Shown here: in pieces, positions 1 through 8,697 of the stretch | Position numbering within the stretch: the stretch's first letter is position 1 | Layout: each line of letters starts with the position of its first letter | Origin: Bacteroidales bacterium | GTDB lineage: Bacteria > Bacteroidota > Bacteroidia > Bacteroidales > UBA932 | NCBI GenBank assembly: GCA_017630155.1 | Contig: JAGBVU010000005.1 | Coordinates: 144,342-208,341, forward strand | Length of the DNA stretch: 64,000 nucleotides | Direction of reading: 5' to 3' | Made by a program: the position numbers and the translations under genes | Notes under the pieces: generated by a model | The model's input: only the letters and a program-made list of their open reading frames with translations | Database searches by the model: none | Told to the model about the DNA's origin: nothing

Positions 1-590
1 CCCGTACAAGTTCGGTGCTGCTCAAGAAATTTGAGATACAGACCCGCACAATGTCGCACCATAAGTTCAACGAACATAAAAATGCAGAGGCGATATGCGA
101 GAGGATCCTCGCCGGAGCCGATGTGGCACTTATCTCAGATGCCGGCACACCTGGTATCTCAGATCCTGGATTTCTCCTTGTCCGTACCTGTGTGGAGCAT
201 GGGGTGGAGGTGGAGACCCTTCCCGGTGCTACCGCCTTTGTCCCTGCACTGGTAAACTCAGGTTTCCCCTGCGATAGGTTCGCATTCGAAGGATTCCTCC
301 CTGTGAAGAAGGGTCGCCAGACCAAATTGACAGAGTTGGCCACAGAGCCAAGGACCATGATATTTTATGAATCTCCATACCGTCTGGCAAAAACATTGAC
401 CCAGATGTGTGAATTCTTTGGCCCGGAGCGACGTGCATCTGTGTCGAGGGAGATAAGCAAAGTGCATGAGGAGACCCGCAGAGGGACCCTCGCAGAGCTG
501 AGTGCCTGGTATACCCAGAATGAACCAAAAGGTGAAATAGTGTTGATAGTGGAGGGGACGGATTATGTGGGAAAAAGAGAAAATATCTAA
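1..590 (+). CDS. rsmI: 16S rRNA 2'-O-methyltransferase RsmI, 5' end outside window
   Basis: ORF 15..590 stays open to the window edge. The translation has the tetrapyrrole-methylase-like RsmI pattern (ISDAGTPGISDPGF, FEGFLP, FYESPYR). Confidence 0.85.
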   Translation, partial: RTSSVLLKKFEIQTRTMSHHKFNEHKNAEAICERILAGADVALISDAGTPGISDPGFLLVRTCVEHGVEVETLPGATAFVPALVNSGFPCDRFAFEGFLPVKKGRQTKLTELATEPRTMIFYESPYRLAKTLTQMCEFFGPERRASVSREISKVHEETRRGTLAELSAWYTQNEPKGEIVLIVEGTDYVGKRENI

Positions 591-1470
591 GAGCCTTTCG
601 ATAGGGTTAATAGCACTTGTATTCATATTTCTTTCGCTGCAGTTTGTCTTCTTCGTGGCGAAAGTTATCCAGATCAGAAAGTACAATAAGGAGCTGGCGG
701 CTGAGCAATCGGTGGCCGGAGAGAACCAGTTTGTGGCCGGAGGTGAGTCATCTGTGGCCAGAAGGGAGTCGTCGGAGGCAGGTGATAAGTCTTCTGCAGC
801 CTCTGTAGCTGGTGGAGGTATTCCCGCGACTGAAAATCGCGAAAAATGGACGCGGGACGGGGAAAAAACGGCTGCCGCGTCTGAATTTGGCCAAAATCGA
901 GCGCGGGAAGTCGATGGGGCTCCGTCAGATGGGAAATTGCCTGAAGGGCAACAGAAAAACCACCAGCGAACAGGTGACTCAGCCGTGCACACAAAGAGCC
1001 TCTCCGGAGTGGTGGCGCGGACCTTCTCTCTGGAGAAACTTCCACCGAGGACCTCCTACAAGCCAAAACCGAAAGTGGAACTAAACAGTGCCGATACCAC
1101 TGCATTGATGACCCTCTACGGTATCGGTGGCTATTATGCTCGGAAGATAGTTGACTTCAGACAGCGACTGGGCGGGTCTTTCGCTTCGCCGGAGCAGCTG
1201 ATGGACATTTACGGGATAGATTCTGCCAGATATGTCGGTTTTGCAGATAGGGTGTATGTCGACACTTCGCTGATAATCCCTCTGGATCTGTATCATATGC
1301 CAGTAGATTCTATGGCCAGACATCCGTACATCGGCAAATATGCGGCCCGGGGTATCGACCGCTACCGCCGAACAGTAGACTCGGCCACCTTCACCCTCGA
1401 TGCCCTCCTTGATAACGGCATACTGCAAAGCCCATATGTCCAGAGGCTGAAGATGTATCTGAAGAAGTAG
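565..1470 (+). CDS. ComEA-like helix-hairpin-helix DNA-binding membrane protein
   Basis: N-terminal TM helix (LSIGLIALVFIFLSLQFVFFVA), a low-complexity acidic/Ser linker, then C-terminal HhH repeats (LMTLYGIGGYYARKIVDFR; LMDIYGID). Confidence 0.7.
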   Translation: MWEKEKISKSLSIGLIALVFIFLSLQFVFFVAKVIQIRKYNKELAAEQSVAGENQFVAGGESSVARRESSEAGDKSSAASVAGGGIPATENREKWTRDGEKTAAASEFGQNRAREVDGAPSDGKLPEGQQKNHQRTGDSAVHTKSLSGVVARTFSLEKLPPRTSYKPKPKVELNSADTTALMTLYGIGGYYARKIVDFRQRLGGSFASPEQLMDIYGIDSARYVGFADRVYVDTSLIIPLDLYHMPVDSMARHPYIGKYAARGIDRYRRTVDSATFTLDALLDNGILQSPYVQRLKMYLKK

Positions 1471-1650
1471 TCCTGTCTCATCGAAGTTTGCTTATTCTCT
1501 GCCGGTGGTGTCGTTGGCGAAAGGACTGTGCGCGTGAGATCCCTTTGGAGGTGCTTCTGGATGAGGTTGGTGCGCACAGTCAGGGTTTGTGGGCCGGGAC
1601 TGTGCGCATTTTCGGCTCTGTAGGGCAGATTTTGCGTCCAGTCCTTTTGC

Positions 1651-1745
1651 AGTGGGTCTCTTCATCGTGGTGAGTCTTTTTTCGTGGTGAACTTTTCATC
1701 ACGGTGGGACTTTTTCATTACGGTGGGACTTTTGGCGGGACAGTT
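1651..1745. repeat. Degenerate tandem repeat, about 5 units of 17-19 bp (consensus near CGGTGGGACTTTTTCAT)
   Basis: Successive units read directly: agtgggtctcttcat / cgtggtgagtctttttt / cgtggtgaacttttcat / cacggtgggactttttcat / tacggtgggacttttgg. Located upstream of the ABC exporter operon. Confidence 0.7.
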
Positions 1746-1803
1746 GTGGGGCTCGTGAGTTTGCGATCTTGGGGTGATTCTTTGATTTTATCGTCAAATA
1801 AAA

Positions 1804-1811
1804 TATATTTG
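1804..1811 (+). promoter_or_regulatory. Bacteroidota-type -7 box TATATTTG for the ABC exporter operon
   Basis: Matches the TAnnTTTG consensus and lies 22 nt upstream of the ATG at 1833. Confidence 0.45.
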
Positions 1812-1832
1812 TATGATAAAATTTTATTGACG

Positions 1833-2753
1833 ATGAATGTGATAGAATGTAACGGGATTGTCAAGCAGTTCGGAAATTACAGAGCACTTGACAATGTCTC
1901 CATAGCAGTCCCTGAGGGTAAGATTTTCGGACTGCTCGGCCCTAATGGTGCCGGTAAGACTACCCTCATCCGTATTATAAATCAGATTACCATTCCCGAT
2001 GCAGGTCAGGTCTATTTCGGTGGAAAAGAGGCACAGCCTGATGATGTATATAACATAGGTTACCTTCCTGAGGAGCGTGGTCTCTATAAAAAAATGAAGG
2101 TGGGAGAGCAGGCTATGTATCTTGCCCGTCTCAAAGGGATGACATCAGCTCAGGCAGAGAAGGAACTCAAAAAATGGTTTGTCAAATTCGGTATCCAGTC
2201 GTGGTGGGGTAAAAAGGTGGAGGAGCTCTCCAAAGGTATGGCGCAGAAGGTGCAGTTCATTACCACAGTCCTTCATCAGCCTAAGCTCCTTATCCTTGAT
2301 GAGCCGTTTTCGGGTTTTGACCCTGTTAATGCCCAGCTTATAAGAGATGAGATTCTGGCTTTGAAGGCAAACGGTACATCCATAATACTCTCAACACACA
2401 ATATGGAGTCTGTGGAGGCCCTTTGTGATGAGATTGCCCTTATCAACAAGTCAAAACTCATCGTAACAGGCGGTGTGGACGAGATTCGTCGTGAGCACGG
2501 ACAGAATCAGGTAGAACTCATCTACAGAGGATCTGAGCCACTTCCTCTCAAAGAGTCTGAGTTTGTTCTAAATGCCTATGACGAGGAGTTCAAAGGGAAC
2601 AGACGTGCTATCATAGAGATGGAACGTGATGTCAAATCGGGTGCAGTTCTTGCAGATATTCTGAAACAGACACAAGATATAATCTCATTCAAGGAGCTCA
2701 TTCCAAGTATGAACGATATTTTCATTAAACTTGTAAGTGGGGAGGCTAAATAG
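1833..2753 (+). CDS. ABC transporter ATP-binding protein (ABC-2/NatA-like)
   Basis: Walker A GPNGAGKTT, signature LSKGMAQK, Walker B LLILDEP. Start moved from 1704 to the ATG at 1833 (MNVIECNG...) because the extension is Gly-rich repeat DNA and overlaps the promoter box. Confidence 0.9.
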   Translation: MNVIECNGIVKQFGNYRALDNVSIAVPEGKIFGLLGPNGAGKTTLIRIINQITIPDAGQVYFGGKEAQPDDVYNIGYLPEERGLYKKMKVGEQAMYLARLKGMTSAQAEKELKKWFVKFGIQSWWGKKVEELSKGMAQKVQFITTVLHQPKLLILDEPFSGFDPVNAQLIRDEILALKANGTSIILSTHNMESVEALCDEIALINKSKLIVTGGVDEIRREHGQNQVELIYRGSEPLPLKESEFVLNAYDEEFKGNRRAIIEMERDVKSGAVLADILKQTQDIISFKELIPSMNDIFIKLVSGEAK

Positions 2754-2754
2754 T

Positions 2755-4101
2755 ATGAATCTAGGAAAAATACAATTGGTGGCGGGTCGTGAATACTCTA
2801 TCCGCGTAAAGAAGAAATCTTTTATTTTTACAACAATACTTACACCTATTCTTTTTGCAGCACTGATGATTGTACCTTCGGTGGTGATGCTTATGGGTGG
2901 CAATGAAGAGATCCGTAAGGTGGTGGTAGTGGACAATTCCGGTGTTGTGGCCCCTACACTTGTAGATACAGAGATTGTCGATTATGAGGTGCTTCAAGGT
3001 GTTTCTGTCGATTCACTTAAGGCAAATTTTGAAGCTACAGGTGCTTATGCGATCGTAGAGATCTCACAGCTCGATGAGAACAAAAATGTGAGCATTACAG
3101 CATATTCGGCTAAGCAGATGAATATGGAGCTCAAGTCTTCCATCAAGAGGAGTGCCAATGCTGCATTGGAGGCATATAAGCTTGAGTCATATGACATTGA
3201 GAATCTTGATAAAATACTTGAAGATGTGAAGTCGGATGTCCAGCTTTCTGCATATACCATCGGTGATGATGGTGATGCTAAGAAATCTATGGTAGAGATA
3301 AGTATGGCCATGTCGTACATTATGAGTTTCTTCATCTATATTTTCGTCTTTATGTTCGGAAATATGGTGATGAACAGTGTGATTCAAGAGAAATCAAACC
3401 GTATTGTGGAGGTTATAGTATCCTCTGTGAAACCTTTTGATCTGATGCTTGGTAAAATACTGGGTGTGGCAGGTGTAGCGGTGACACAGTTCCTCATCTG
3501 GGTGGTCCTTACTGTTGTACTGGTATTTGGCTTCCAGGCAGTGATGGGCCCTGAACTCTTTACAGGTGGTGCGCAGCAGATGACCCAGATGGCAGGTGTG
3601 GATGCAGAGGCTATGATGGCTGCAGCTGCTGCACCAAGCGGTCCGTTGGCAGATATCATGGGTGCATTGTCACAAATCAATTTCCCTTACATAATCGGAT
3701 GCTTCCTTATCTATTTTGTATTGGGTTACCTCCTTTATGCAGCTATGTTTGCAGCAGTGGGATCAGCAGTGGAAAATGAGGCAGATACCCAGCAGCTTAC
3801 ATTGCCTATATCATTGCCTTTGATTCTCGGTCTGTTCATTATGCTCCATACCTTTGAGCATCCTGAGAGTTCGCTTTCTTTCTGGGCATCAATGATACCT
3901 TTCACTTCACCTATGGTGATGCTTGCCAGGATTCCGTTTGAAGGGGCTGTCCCTACATGGGAGCTTCTGCTATCTATTGGCCTCCTTTTCGTGACATTCC
4001 TTGCTATCGTTTACCTCTCTGGTAAGATTTACCGTGTAGGTATTCTTATGTACGGCAAAAAGGCCTCTTGGAAAGATCTTTGGAAATGGATAAAATACTA
4101 A
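2755..4101 (+). CDS. ABC-2 type transporter permease (NatB-like)
   Basis: One N-terminal TM helix, a large extracytoplasmic loop, then a cluster of C-terminal TM helices. The ATG at 2755 sits 1 nt after the ATPase stop. Confidence 0.85.
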   Translation: MNLGKIQLVAGREYSIRVKKKSFIFTTILTPILFAALMIVPSVVMLMGGNEEIRKVVVVDNSGVVAPTLVDTEIVDYEVLQGVSVDSLKANFEATGAYAIVEISQLDENKNVSITAYSAKQMNMELKSSIKRSANAALEAYKLESYDIENLDKILEDVKSDVQLSAYTIGDDGDAKKSMVEISMAMSYIMSFFIYIFVFMFGNMVMNSVIQEKSNRIVEVIVSSVKPFDLMLGKILGVAGVAVTQFLIWVVLTVVLVFGFQAVMGPELFTGGAQQMTQMAGVDAEAMMAAAAAPSGPLADIMGALSQINFPYIIGCFLIYFVLGYLLYAAMFAAVGSAVENEADTQQLTLPISLPLILGLFIMLHTFEHPESSLSFWASMIPFTSPMVMLARIPFEGAVPTWELLLSIGLLFVTFLAIVYLSGKIYRVGILMYGKKASWKDLWKWIKY

Positions 4102-4103
4102 CT

Positions 4104-4850
4104 ATGAAGAGAATATTTATTGCTTTAGCGCTCCTTTCCGGAGCAATGCTCTCTGCCTCGGCTCAGAGTTTTACCTATAAGTGGGAGAGAGTACCTATGG
4201 ATTCTACCTGGATGAAAGAGGGGACATCAAAGGTTGAGGAGATTATCGCCAAATACCATCCCGGAATAGAGGATTTGATGGAGATTATCGGATACTCTTC
4301 TGAGGAACTCTCTAAAGGGAATCCTGAGAGCGGACTTTCAAACCTTGCAGCAGATGCCCTTCTGTATGCAGCCCAACCACTTCTGAAAGAGGGTGACAAA
4401 GCGTTCGCACTTACCAACTTTGGCGGTATCAGGGCAGATCTCCCCAAGGGGGCAATAAGGGTTTATGATATCTACTCCACATTCCCTTTTGACAATGCCC
4501 TTGTAATTGTGGAGCTTCCAGGGTACAGGGTGCGTGAGATAATGAAGAACTTTGCAAAGAAGGGGAGGTTCGAGGCTCTCGCCGGTGTGCAGATTGAGGT
4601 CAAAGATAAAGGTCTCAAAAAGTGCTATATCGGAGGTGAGAAACTCAATGATGACAAGTACTACAAACTGGTGACTATTGACTTTCTTCTCGACGGAGGT
4701 GATGCGCTCAGTTTGCGCAAGGGTGCCAAAGAGATTGTGATGTCGGATATTTTTGTGAGGGATGGTGTGGTCAAATATATTAAGGACAAATCTGAAGCGG
4801 GCCATGTTTTCAACAATCAGCGTGATGGCCGAATAGTAATCAAAAAATAG
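4104..4850 (+). CDS. 5'-nucleotidase C-terminal (substrate-binding) domain protein, secreted
   Basis: Signal peptide MKRIFIALALLSGAMLSASAQ. Motifs NFGGIRADL and TIDFLLDGGD are typical of the UshA/5'-nucleotidase C-terminal domain. Confidence 0.8.
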   Translation: MKRIFIALALLSGAMLSASAQSFTYKWERVPMDSTWMKEGTSKVEEIIAKYHPGIEDLMEIIGYSSEELSKGNPESGLSNLAADALLYAAQPLLKEGDKAFALTNFGGIRADLPKGAIRVYDIYSTFPFDNALVIVELPGYRVREIMKNFAKKGRFEALAGVQIEVKDKGLKKCYIGGEKLNDDKYYKLVTIDFLLDGGDALSLRKGAKEIVMSDIFVRDGVVKYIKDKSEAGHVFNNQRDGRIVIKK

Positions 4851-4859
4851 CAAGGCAAT

Positions 4860-5705
4860 ATGAGAAGAAGATTTATTATAGGTTTGGCAGCTGCGGTGGC
4901 TCTTTTGAGCGGCTGTGCAGGTATGGGCTCCAAGGAGCTCGTCATTCTCCATACAAATGATACCCATTCGCAGATTGAGACTATCCGTACAGGTCGTGGC
5001 AAAGGGCTTGGTGGTGTGGACCGTCGTGCAGAGTATATTGACCAGGTAAGGAAGGATCACAGAAATGTGTTGCTTCTGGATGCCGGAGACTGGGATCAGG
5101 GTACACCTTACTTTACAGTATTCAAGGGCGATATGGAGATAGAGCTTATGAATGCTATGGGGTACGATGTGGCTTGTTTGGGTAATCACGAATTTGACAA
5201 TGGCCAGCAGGAGCTGGCACGCAGACTTGCTATGGCAGAATTTGATGTGGTGTGTGCAAATTATGATTTCTCTGCTTCACCTGCAGGACTTGACAAATAT
5301 GTAAAACCATATGTGATCATCAATAAAGGTGGCCTTAAGATAGGTGTTTTCGGACTCCTTGTAAATATCAAATCAGTCGTTTCTGCAAAATCACGTGATG
5401 CCCTTGTATATAAGGATCCTATAGAGGTGTCTAATGAGTTGGCAAAGATGCTTAAGGAGGAACAGAAGTGCGATTTGGTGATAGCTCTATCACATCTTGG
5501 CTACAGTGCTTACAATCCAAAGGCTGCGTCAGACATAAATCTGGCTCAGAATACCAGAAATATCGATATCATCGTGGGCGGTCACTCCCACACTTTCCTC
5601 AAGGAGGAGAAGATTTTCCAGAATCTTGACGGTAAGGATGTAATAGTCCTACAGGCAGGAGCCCAAGGTGAATATGTCGGCAGACTAGATTTGAAATTCG
5701 AATAG
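4860..5705 (+). CDS. Metallophosphoesterase (5'-nucleotidase N-terminal catalytic domain) lipoprotein
   Basis: Lipobox LLSGC. Calcineurin-like phosphoesterase motifs HTNDTHS, DAGDW, GNHEFD and GGHSH. Confidence 0.85.
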   Translation: MRRRFIIGLAAAVALLSGCAGMGSKELVILHTNDTHSQIETIRTGRGKGLGGVDRRAEYIDQVRKDHRNVLLLDAGDWDQGTPYFTVFKGDMEIELMNAMGYDVACLGNHEFDNGQQELARRLAMAEFDVVCANYDFSASPAGLDKYVKPYVIINKGGLKIGVFGLLVNIKSVVSAKSRDALVYKDPIEVSNELAKMLKEEQKCDLVIALSHLGYSAYNPKAASDINLAQNTRNIDIIVGGHSHTFLKEEKIFQNLDGKDVIVLQAGAQGEYVGRLDLKFE

Positions 5706-5721
5706 AATAATTATATAGACT

Positions 5722-5874
5722 CTCACCATCGGGTGCTGGGAAAGAGGAAACCGTGCTACCCCTCTGGCCGCAGAGGTCGTGAGCGAATAGTGAGCATCCA
5801 GTGGATGCTCACAGCGAGCAGCCCGCACCGTAGGTGTGGGAGGGATTGTTTCCTCGCCAGCACCCGATGGTGGT
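5722..5874. repeat. ~150 bp multi-stem palindromic element between convergent genes
   Basis: Outer 15 bp perfect stem accatcgggtgctgg / ccagcacccgatggt, second stem gaggaaac / gtttcctc, and inner hairpins ctctg-gccg-cagag and gtgagcatcc-agt-ggatgctcac. Confidence 0.75.
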
Positions 5875-5890
5875 AGATGTGGATAGTGTG

Positions 5891-6454
5891 CTAATATCCG
5901 GTCTTGTAATCTTTAGGGAATTTGGCGCCGAGGTCAAGCTCGTGATATAGTTTCTGGATTCTGGCCAAATCAGCTTTAGCATCGTCGGTAAGTTCGACTT
6001 TTTGTCCTCTGCCGACGATTTTTCTTTTCCAGTCGTAGTAACCCATATAGACAGGTACACCTGCTGTTCTGGCTATAGTGTGGAAACCGGCTTTCCATTT
6101 GGTGACAGCTTTTCTGGTCCCCTCTGGGGCAATAGCCAAGTGGAAGGTCTCCTCTTTCTCGAAGGCTTCTACCATCTGACGGACAAGCGTTGCCCCCCCC
6201 TTGCGCGAGCGGTCTACTGGGATGCCACCCATCCACCTTACGATAGGGCCGAGCGGCCAGAAGAAAAACTCTTTCTTTACCATCACTTTGGCGTCACCAC
6301 CCACCGAACGGTAGTATAGGTATGATATTATCAGGTCCCAGATGGAGGTGTGTGGGACACCGAGGATTATACATTTCTTTTCGGGGGCCATAGGCTCTCC
6401 CGCTTTCCATCCGAGGCTTTTCAGCAGAAATCCTGCAACTTTTTGATTAAGCAT
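5891..6454 (-). CDS. 1-acyl-sn-glycerol-3-phosphate acyltransferase family protein
   Basis: HX4D acyltransferase motif (HTSIWD) and the APEGTR motif. Confidence 0.8.
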   Translation of the reverse strand: MLNQKVAGFLLKSLGWKAGEPMAPEKKCIILGVPHTSIWDLIISYLYYRSVGGDAKVMVKKEFFFWPLGPIVRWMGGIPVDRSRKGGATLVRQMVEAFEKEETFHLAIAPEGTRKAVTKWKAGFHTIARTAGVPVYMGYYDWKRKIVGRGQKVELTDDAKADLARIQKLYHELDLGAKFPKDYKTGY

Positions 6455-6456
6455 AA

Positions 6457-8304
6457 CTATACGTTTTCTAAGATGATATCAGAACGGAGATTTTCACGGA
6501 CAAAGTTTTGTCTGTCGATAGTGTTTTGTCCCATATAGAATTCAAGAAGATTGGCTATGTTGTCATCCTGGCTCAGACGTACCTGGTCAAGACGGATATT
6601 CTCACCGATAAACTCCTTGAACTCATCTGGTGATATCTCACCCAGACCTTTGAATCGGGTGATCTCAGGGTTGGACCCGAGCTCTTTTATTGCAGCCAAC
6701 TTCTCCTCCTCATTGTAGCAGTAGAGGGTGGTCTTTTTGTTCCTGACCCTGAACAATGGTGTCTGGAGGATGAAAAGGTGGTTCCTCCTGATAAGTTCAG
6801 GATAGAATTTCAGGAAGAATGTGATTAACAGAAGACGGATGTGCATACCATCCACATCGGCATCGGTAGCGATGACGATCTTGTTGTATCTCAAGTTATC
6901 AAGATCCTCATCCACATTGAGGGCTGCTTTGAGGAGGATTAGCTCCTCGTTGCTGTATATCTCTTTGTTGCTCTTCTGGTACGAGTTGAGGGGTTTGCCT
7001 CGGAGGCTGAAAACTGCCTGAGTATTGGCATTGCGGCTTTTGGTGATCGATCCGCTCGCAGAGTCACCCTCAGTGATGAAAAGGGTCGATTCTGAAGCGA
7101 GTGCATTCTTTGCGTCGTTGTAGTGGACGCGACAGTCGCGGAGTTTCCTGTTGTGGAGGCTCGCCTTCTTTACTTTCTCCTTGGTAGATTTCTGGATTAC
7201 TGAGATGGCTTTTCTCTCTTTTTCCGATTCCTGGATCTTTTTCAGGAGTATGGTAGCGGTCTCAGTGTGCTTGTGAAGGTAGTTGTCAAGCTCCTCCTGC
7301 ACAAAGTCACCGATGAAGTTGCGGACAGTGGTGTCCTCATTGACCATCTTCGAATTGAGCTTGGTCTTGGTCTGGTTACCGAAGATTGGCTCTATGACAC
7401 GGATGCTGATGGCACCCACCATTGACTGGCGAATATCAGAGGGCTCAAAGTCCTTTTTCAGGTGCTCCTTGATGGTCTTGGCTACTGCCTCCCTGAATGC
7501 AGAGAGGTGTGTACCACCCTCAGTGGTGTTCTGTCCGTTGACAAATGAAGCGATATCTTCGCCATTGCCGTCACCGTGGGTGATTACAAGTTCGATGTCG
7601 TGGCCTACCAGGTGGATAGGGGGGTAGAGGGTCTCCGATCCGAGGTTCTCTGTCACAAGGTCAAGAAGACCGTTCTTCGATTTGTATTCGGTGCCGTTGA
7701 ATTTGAGGCTCAGACCGGTGTTCAGGTAGGAGTAGTTCTTTATCATCTCCTCCACGAACTCGGTATTGTACCTGTACGAAGGGAAGACTTTGTCGTCAGC
7801 TGTGTATTTGACAAATGTTCCGTTTTTCTGACCGGTGTCCTCGTGGTATCCGCTGTTGAGGAGGTTACCGGCCGAGAACTCTGCCCACTTCGAACGACCT
7901 TCACGGAATGACTCGATGTAGAAATATGATGAGGTGGCGTTTACAGCCTTTAGACCCACACCGTTAAGACCTACCGATTTCTGGAACACATCACTATCAA
8001 ATTTACCGCCTGTGTTGAGTTTGCTTGCACAGTCGATCACACTCTCGAGTGGAATTCCACGACCATAGTCACGAATGGATACCGTATTGTCCTCGATATC
8101 TATCTTGATCTCCTTTCCGTTCCCCTGTGAGAATTCGTCGATGGAGTTATCGAGCACCTCTTTTATGAGGATATAGATACCGTCATCGGGGCGGGAGCCG
8201 TCACCAGTGTTGCCGATATACATACCGGGCCTTTGGCGAATGTGTTCGTTCCACTCCAGCGTCTTGATAGCGTCATCTGTGTATTCCTTGGTAATAGTGC
8301 TCAT
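6457..8304 (-). CDS. parE: DNA topoisomerase IV subunit B (type IIA topoisomerase B subunit)
   Basis: GHKL ATPase N-terminus (LEWNEHIRQRPGMYIG, EVLDNSIDE), TOPRIM EGDSA and DADVDG. The 615 aa length fits Bacteroidota ParE better than GyrB. Confidence 0.8.
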   Translation of the reverse strand: MSTITKEYTDDAIKTLEWNEHIRQRPGMYIGNTGDGSRPDDGIYILIKEVLDNSIDEFSQGNGKEIKIDIEDNTVSIRDYGRGIPLESVIDCASKLNTGGKFDSDVFQKSVGLNGVGLKAVNATSSYFYIESFREGRSKWAEFSAGNLLNSGYHEDTGQKNGTFVKYTADDKVFPSYRYNTEFVEEMIKNYSYLNTGLSLKFNGTEYKSKNGLLDLVTENLGSETLYPPIHLVGHDIELVITHGDGNGEDIASFVNGQNTTEGGTHLSAFREAVAKTIKEHLKKDFEPSDIRQSMVGAISIRVIEPIFGNQTKTKLNSKMVNEDTTVRNFIGDFVQEELDNYLHKHTETATILLKKIQESEKERKAISVIQKSTKEKVKKASLHNRKLRDCRVHYNDAKNALASESTLFITEGDSASGSITKSRNANTQAVFSLRGKPLNSYQKSNKEIYSNEELILLKAALNVDEDLDNLRYNKIVIATDADVDGMHIRLLLITFFLKFYPELIRRNHLFILQTPLFRVRNKKTTLYCYNEEEKLAAIKELGSNPEITRFKGLGEISPDEFKEFIGENIRLDQVRLSQDDNIANLLEFYMGQNTIDRQNFVRENLRSDIILENV

Positions 8305-8356
8305 GTCCTCTCCTTTGATGTAATTCCAAACGGCAAAATTAGGAAGAAAATGGAAA

Positions 8357-8386
8357 TAAAAAAAGCCAACCTGAACGGTCGGCTTT
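8357..8386 (-). terminator. Rho-independent terminator after hpf
   Basis: On the minus strand, stem gccgacc/ggttggc is followed by a T-run. Confidence 0.6.
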
Positions 8387-8405
8387 TGTGGAACGAAACT
8401 ATCTG

Positions 8406-8696
8406 TTATTTGTTGAATCGTTTTTCTTTGGTTTTGACAAGCATGTCTTTAAGAAGGTCTGCGCAGTCGTTTACTGCGTCTTCAAATGTAGCCGCACTAC
8501 GTTCAACAATCAAATCATCTCCCGGAATAGCAACCCTGACCTTCACCTTCTTCACGTGGTCAGGTTCTACTGAGAGTGCGACCTCTACTCTGATGATGTT
8601 GTCGAAAAATTTCTCCAATTTGCCGAGCTTCTTGTCGATGAAGTCTAGAAGCTTCTGGTCTGCATCAAACTTGAGTGATTGAACTCTGATTTCCAT
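8406..8696 (-). CDS. hpf: Ribosome hibernation promoting factor (short HPF/RaiA)
   Basis: 96 aa with the typical sigma-54-modulation/HPF pattern (IRVQSLKFDADQKLLDFIDKKLGKLEKFF...). Confidence 0.85.
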   Translation of the reverse strand: MEIRVQSLKFDADQKLLDFIDKKLGKLEKFFDNIIRVEVALSVEPDHVKKVKVRVAIPGDDLIVERSAATFEDAVNDCADLLKDMLVKTKEKRFNK

Positions 8697-8697
8697 A

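Noticed and set aside
258-992. Long antisense or alternative-frame ORFs overlapping confident genes (for example 258..992 -, 4338..5189 -, 21648..22274 +, 23163..23678 +, 23781..24500 +, 34127..34720 +, 51069..51572 +, 62489..62926 +, 63257..63766 +).
   Set aside because: Each lies inside a longer ORF with clear family motifs on the other strand or frame. Their translations are low-complexity (Arg/Ser/Pro/Cys-rich) with no recognisable domains. They are treated as shadow ORFs.
1704-1832. N-terminal 43 aa extension of the ABC ATPase ORF.
   Set aside because: It is Gly-rich translation of the tandem-repeat DNA and overlaps the TATATTTG promoter box. The ATPase fold starts at the ATG at 1833.
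4104-5705. Split 5'-nucleotidase as a frameshifted pseudogene.
   Set aside because: The two ORFs are in permuted order (C-terminal domain first), and each has its own signal peptide or lipobox and start codon. This looks like a genuine two-gene arrangement rather than a disrupted ushA.
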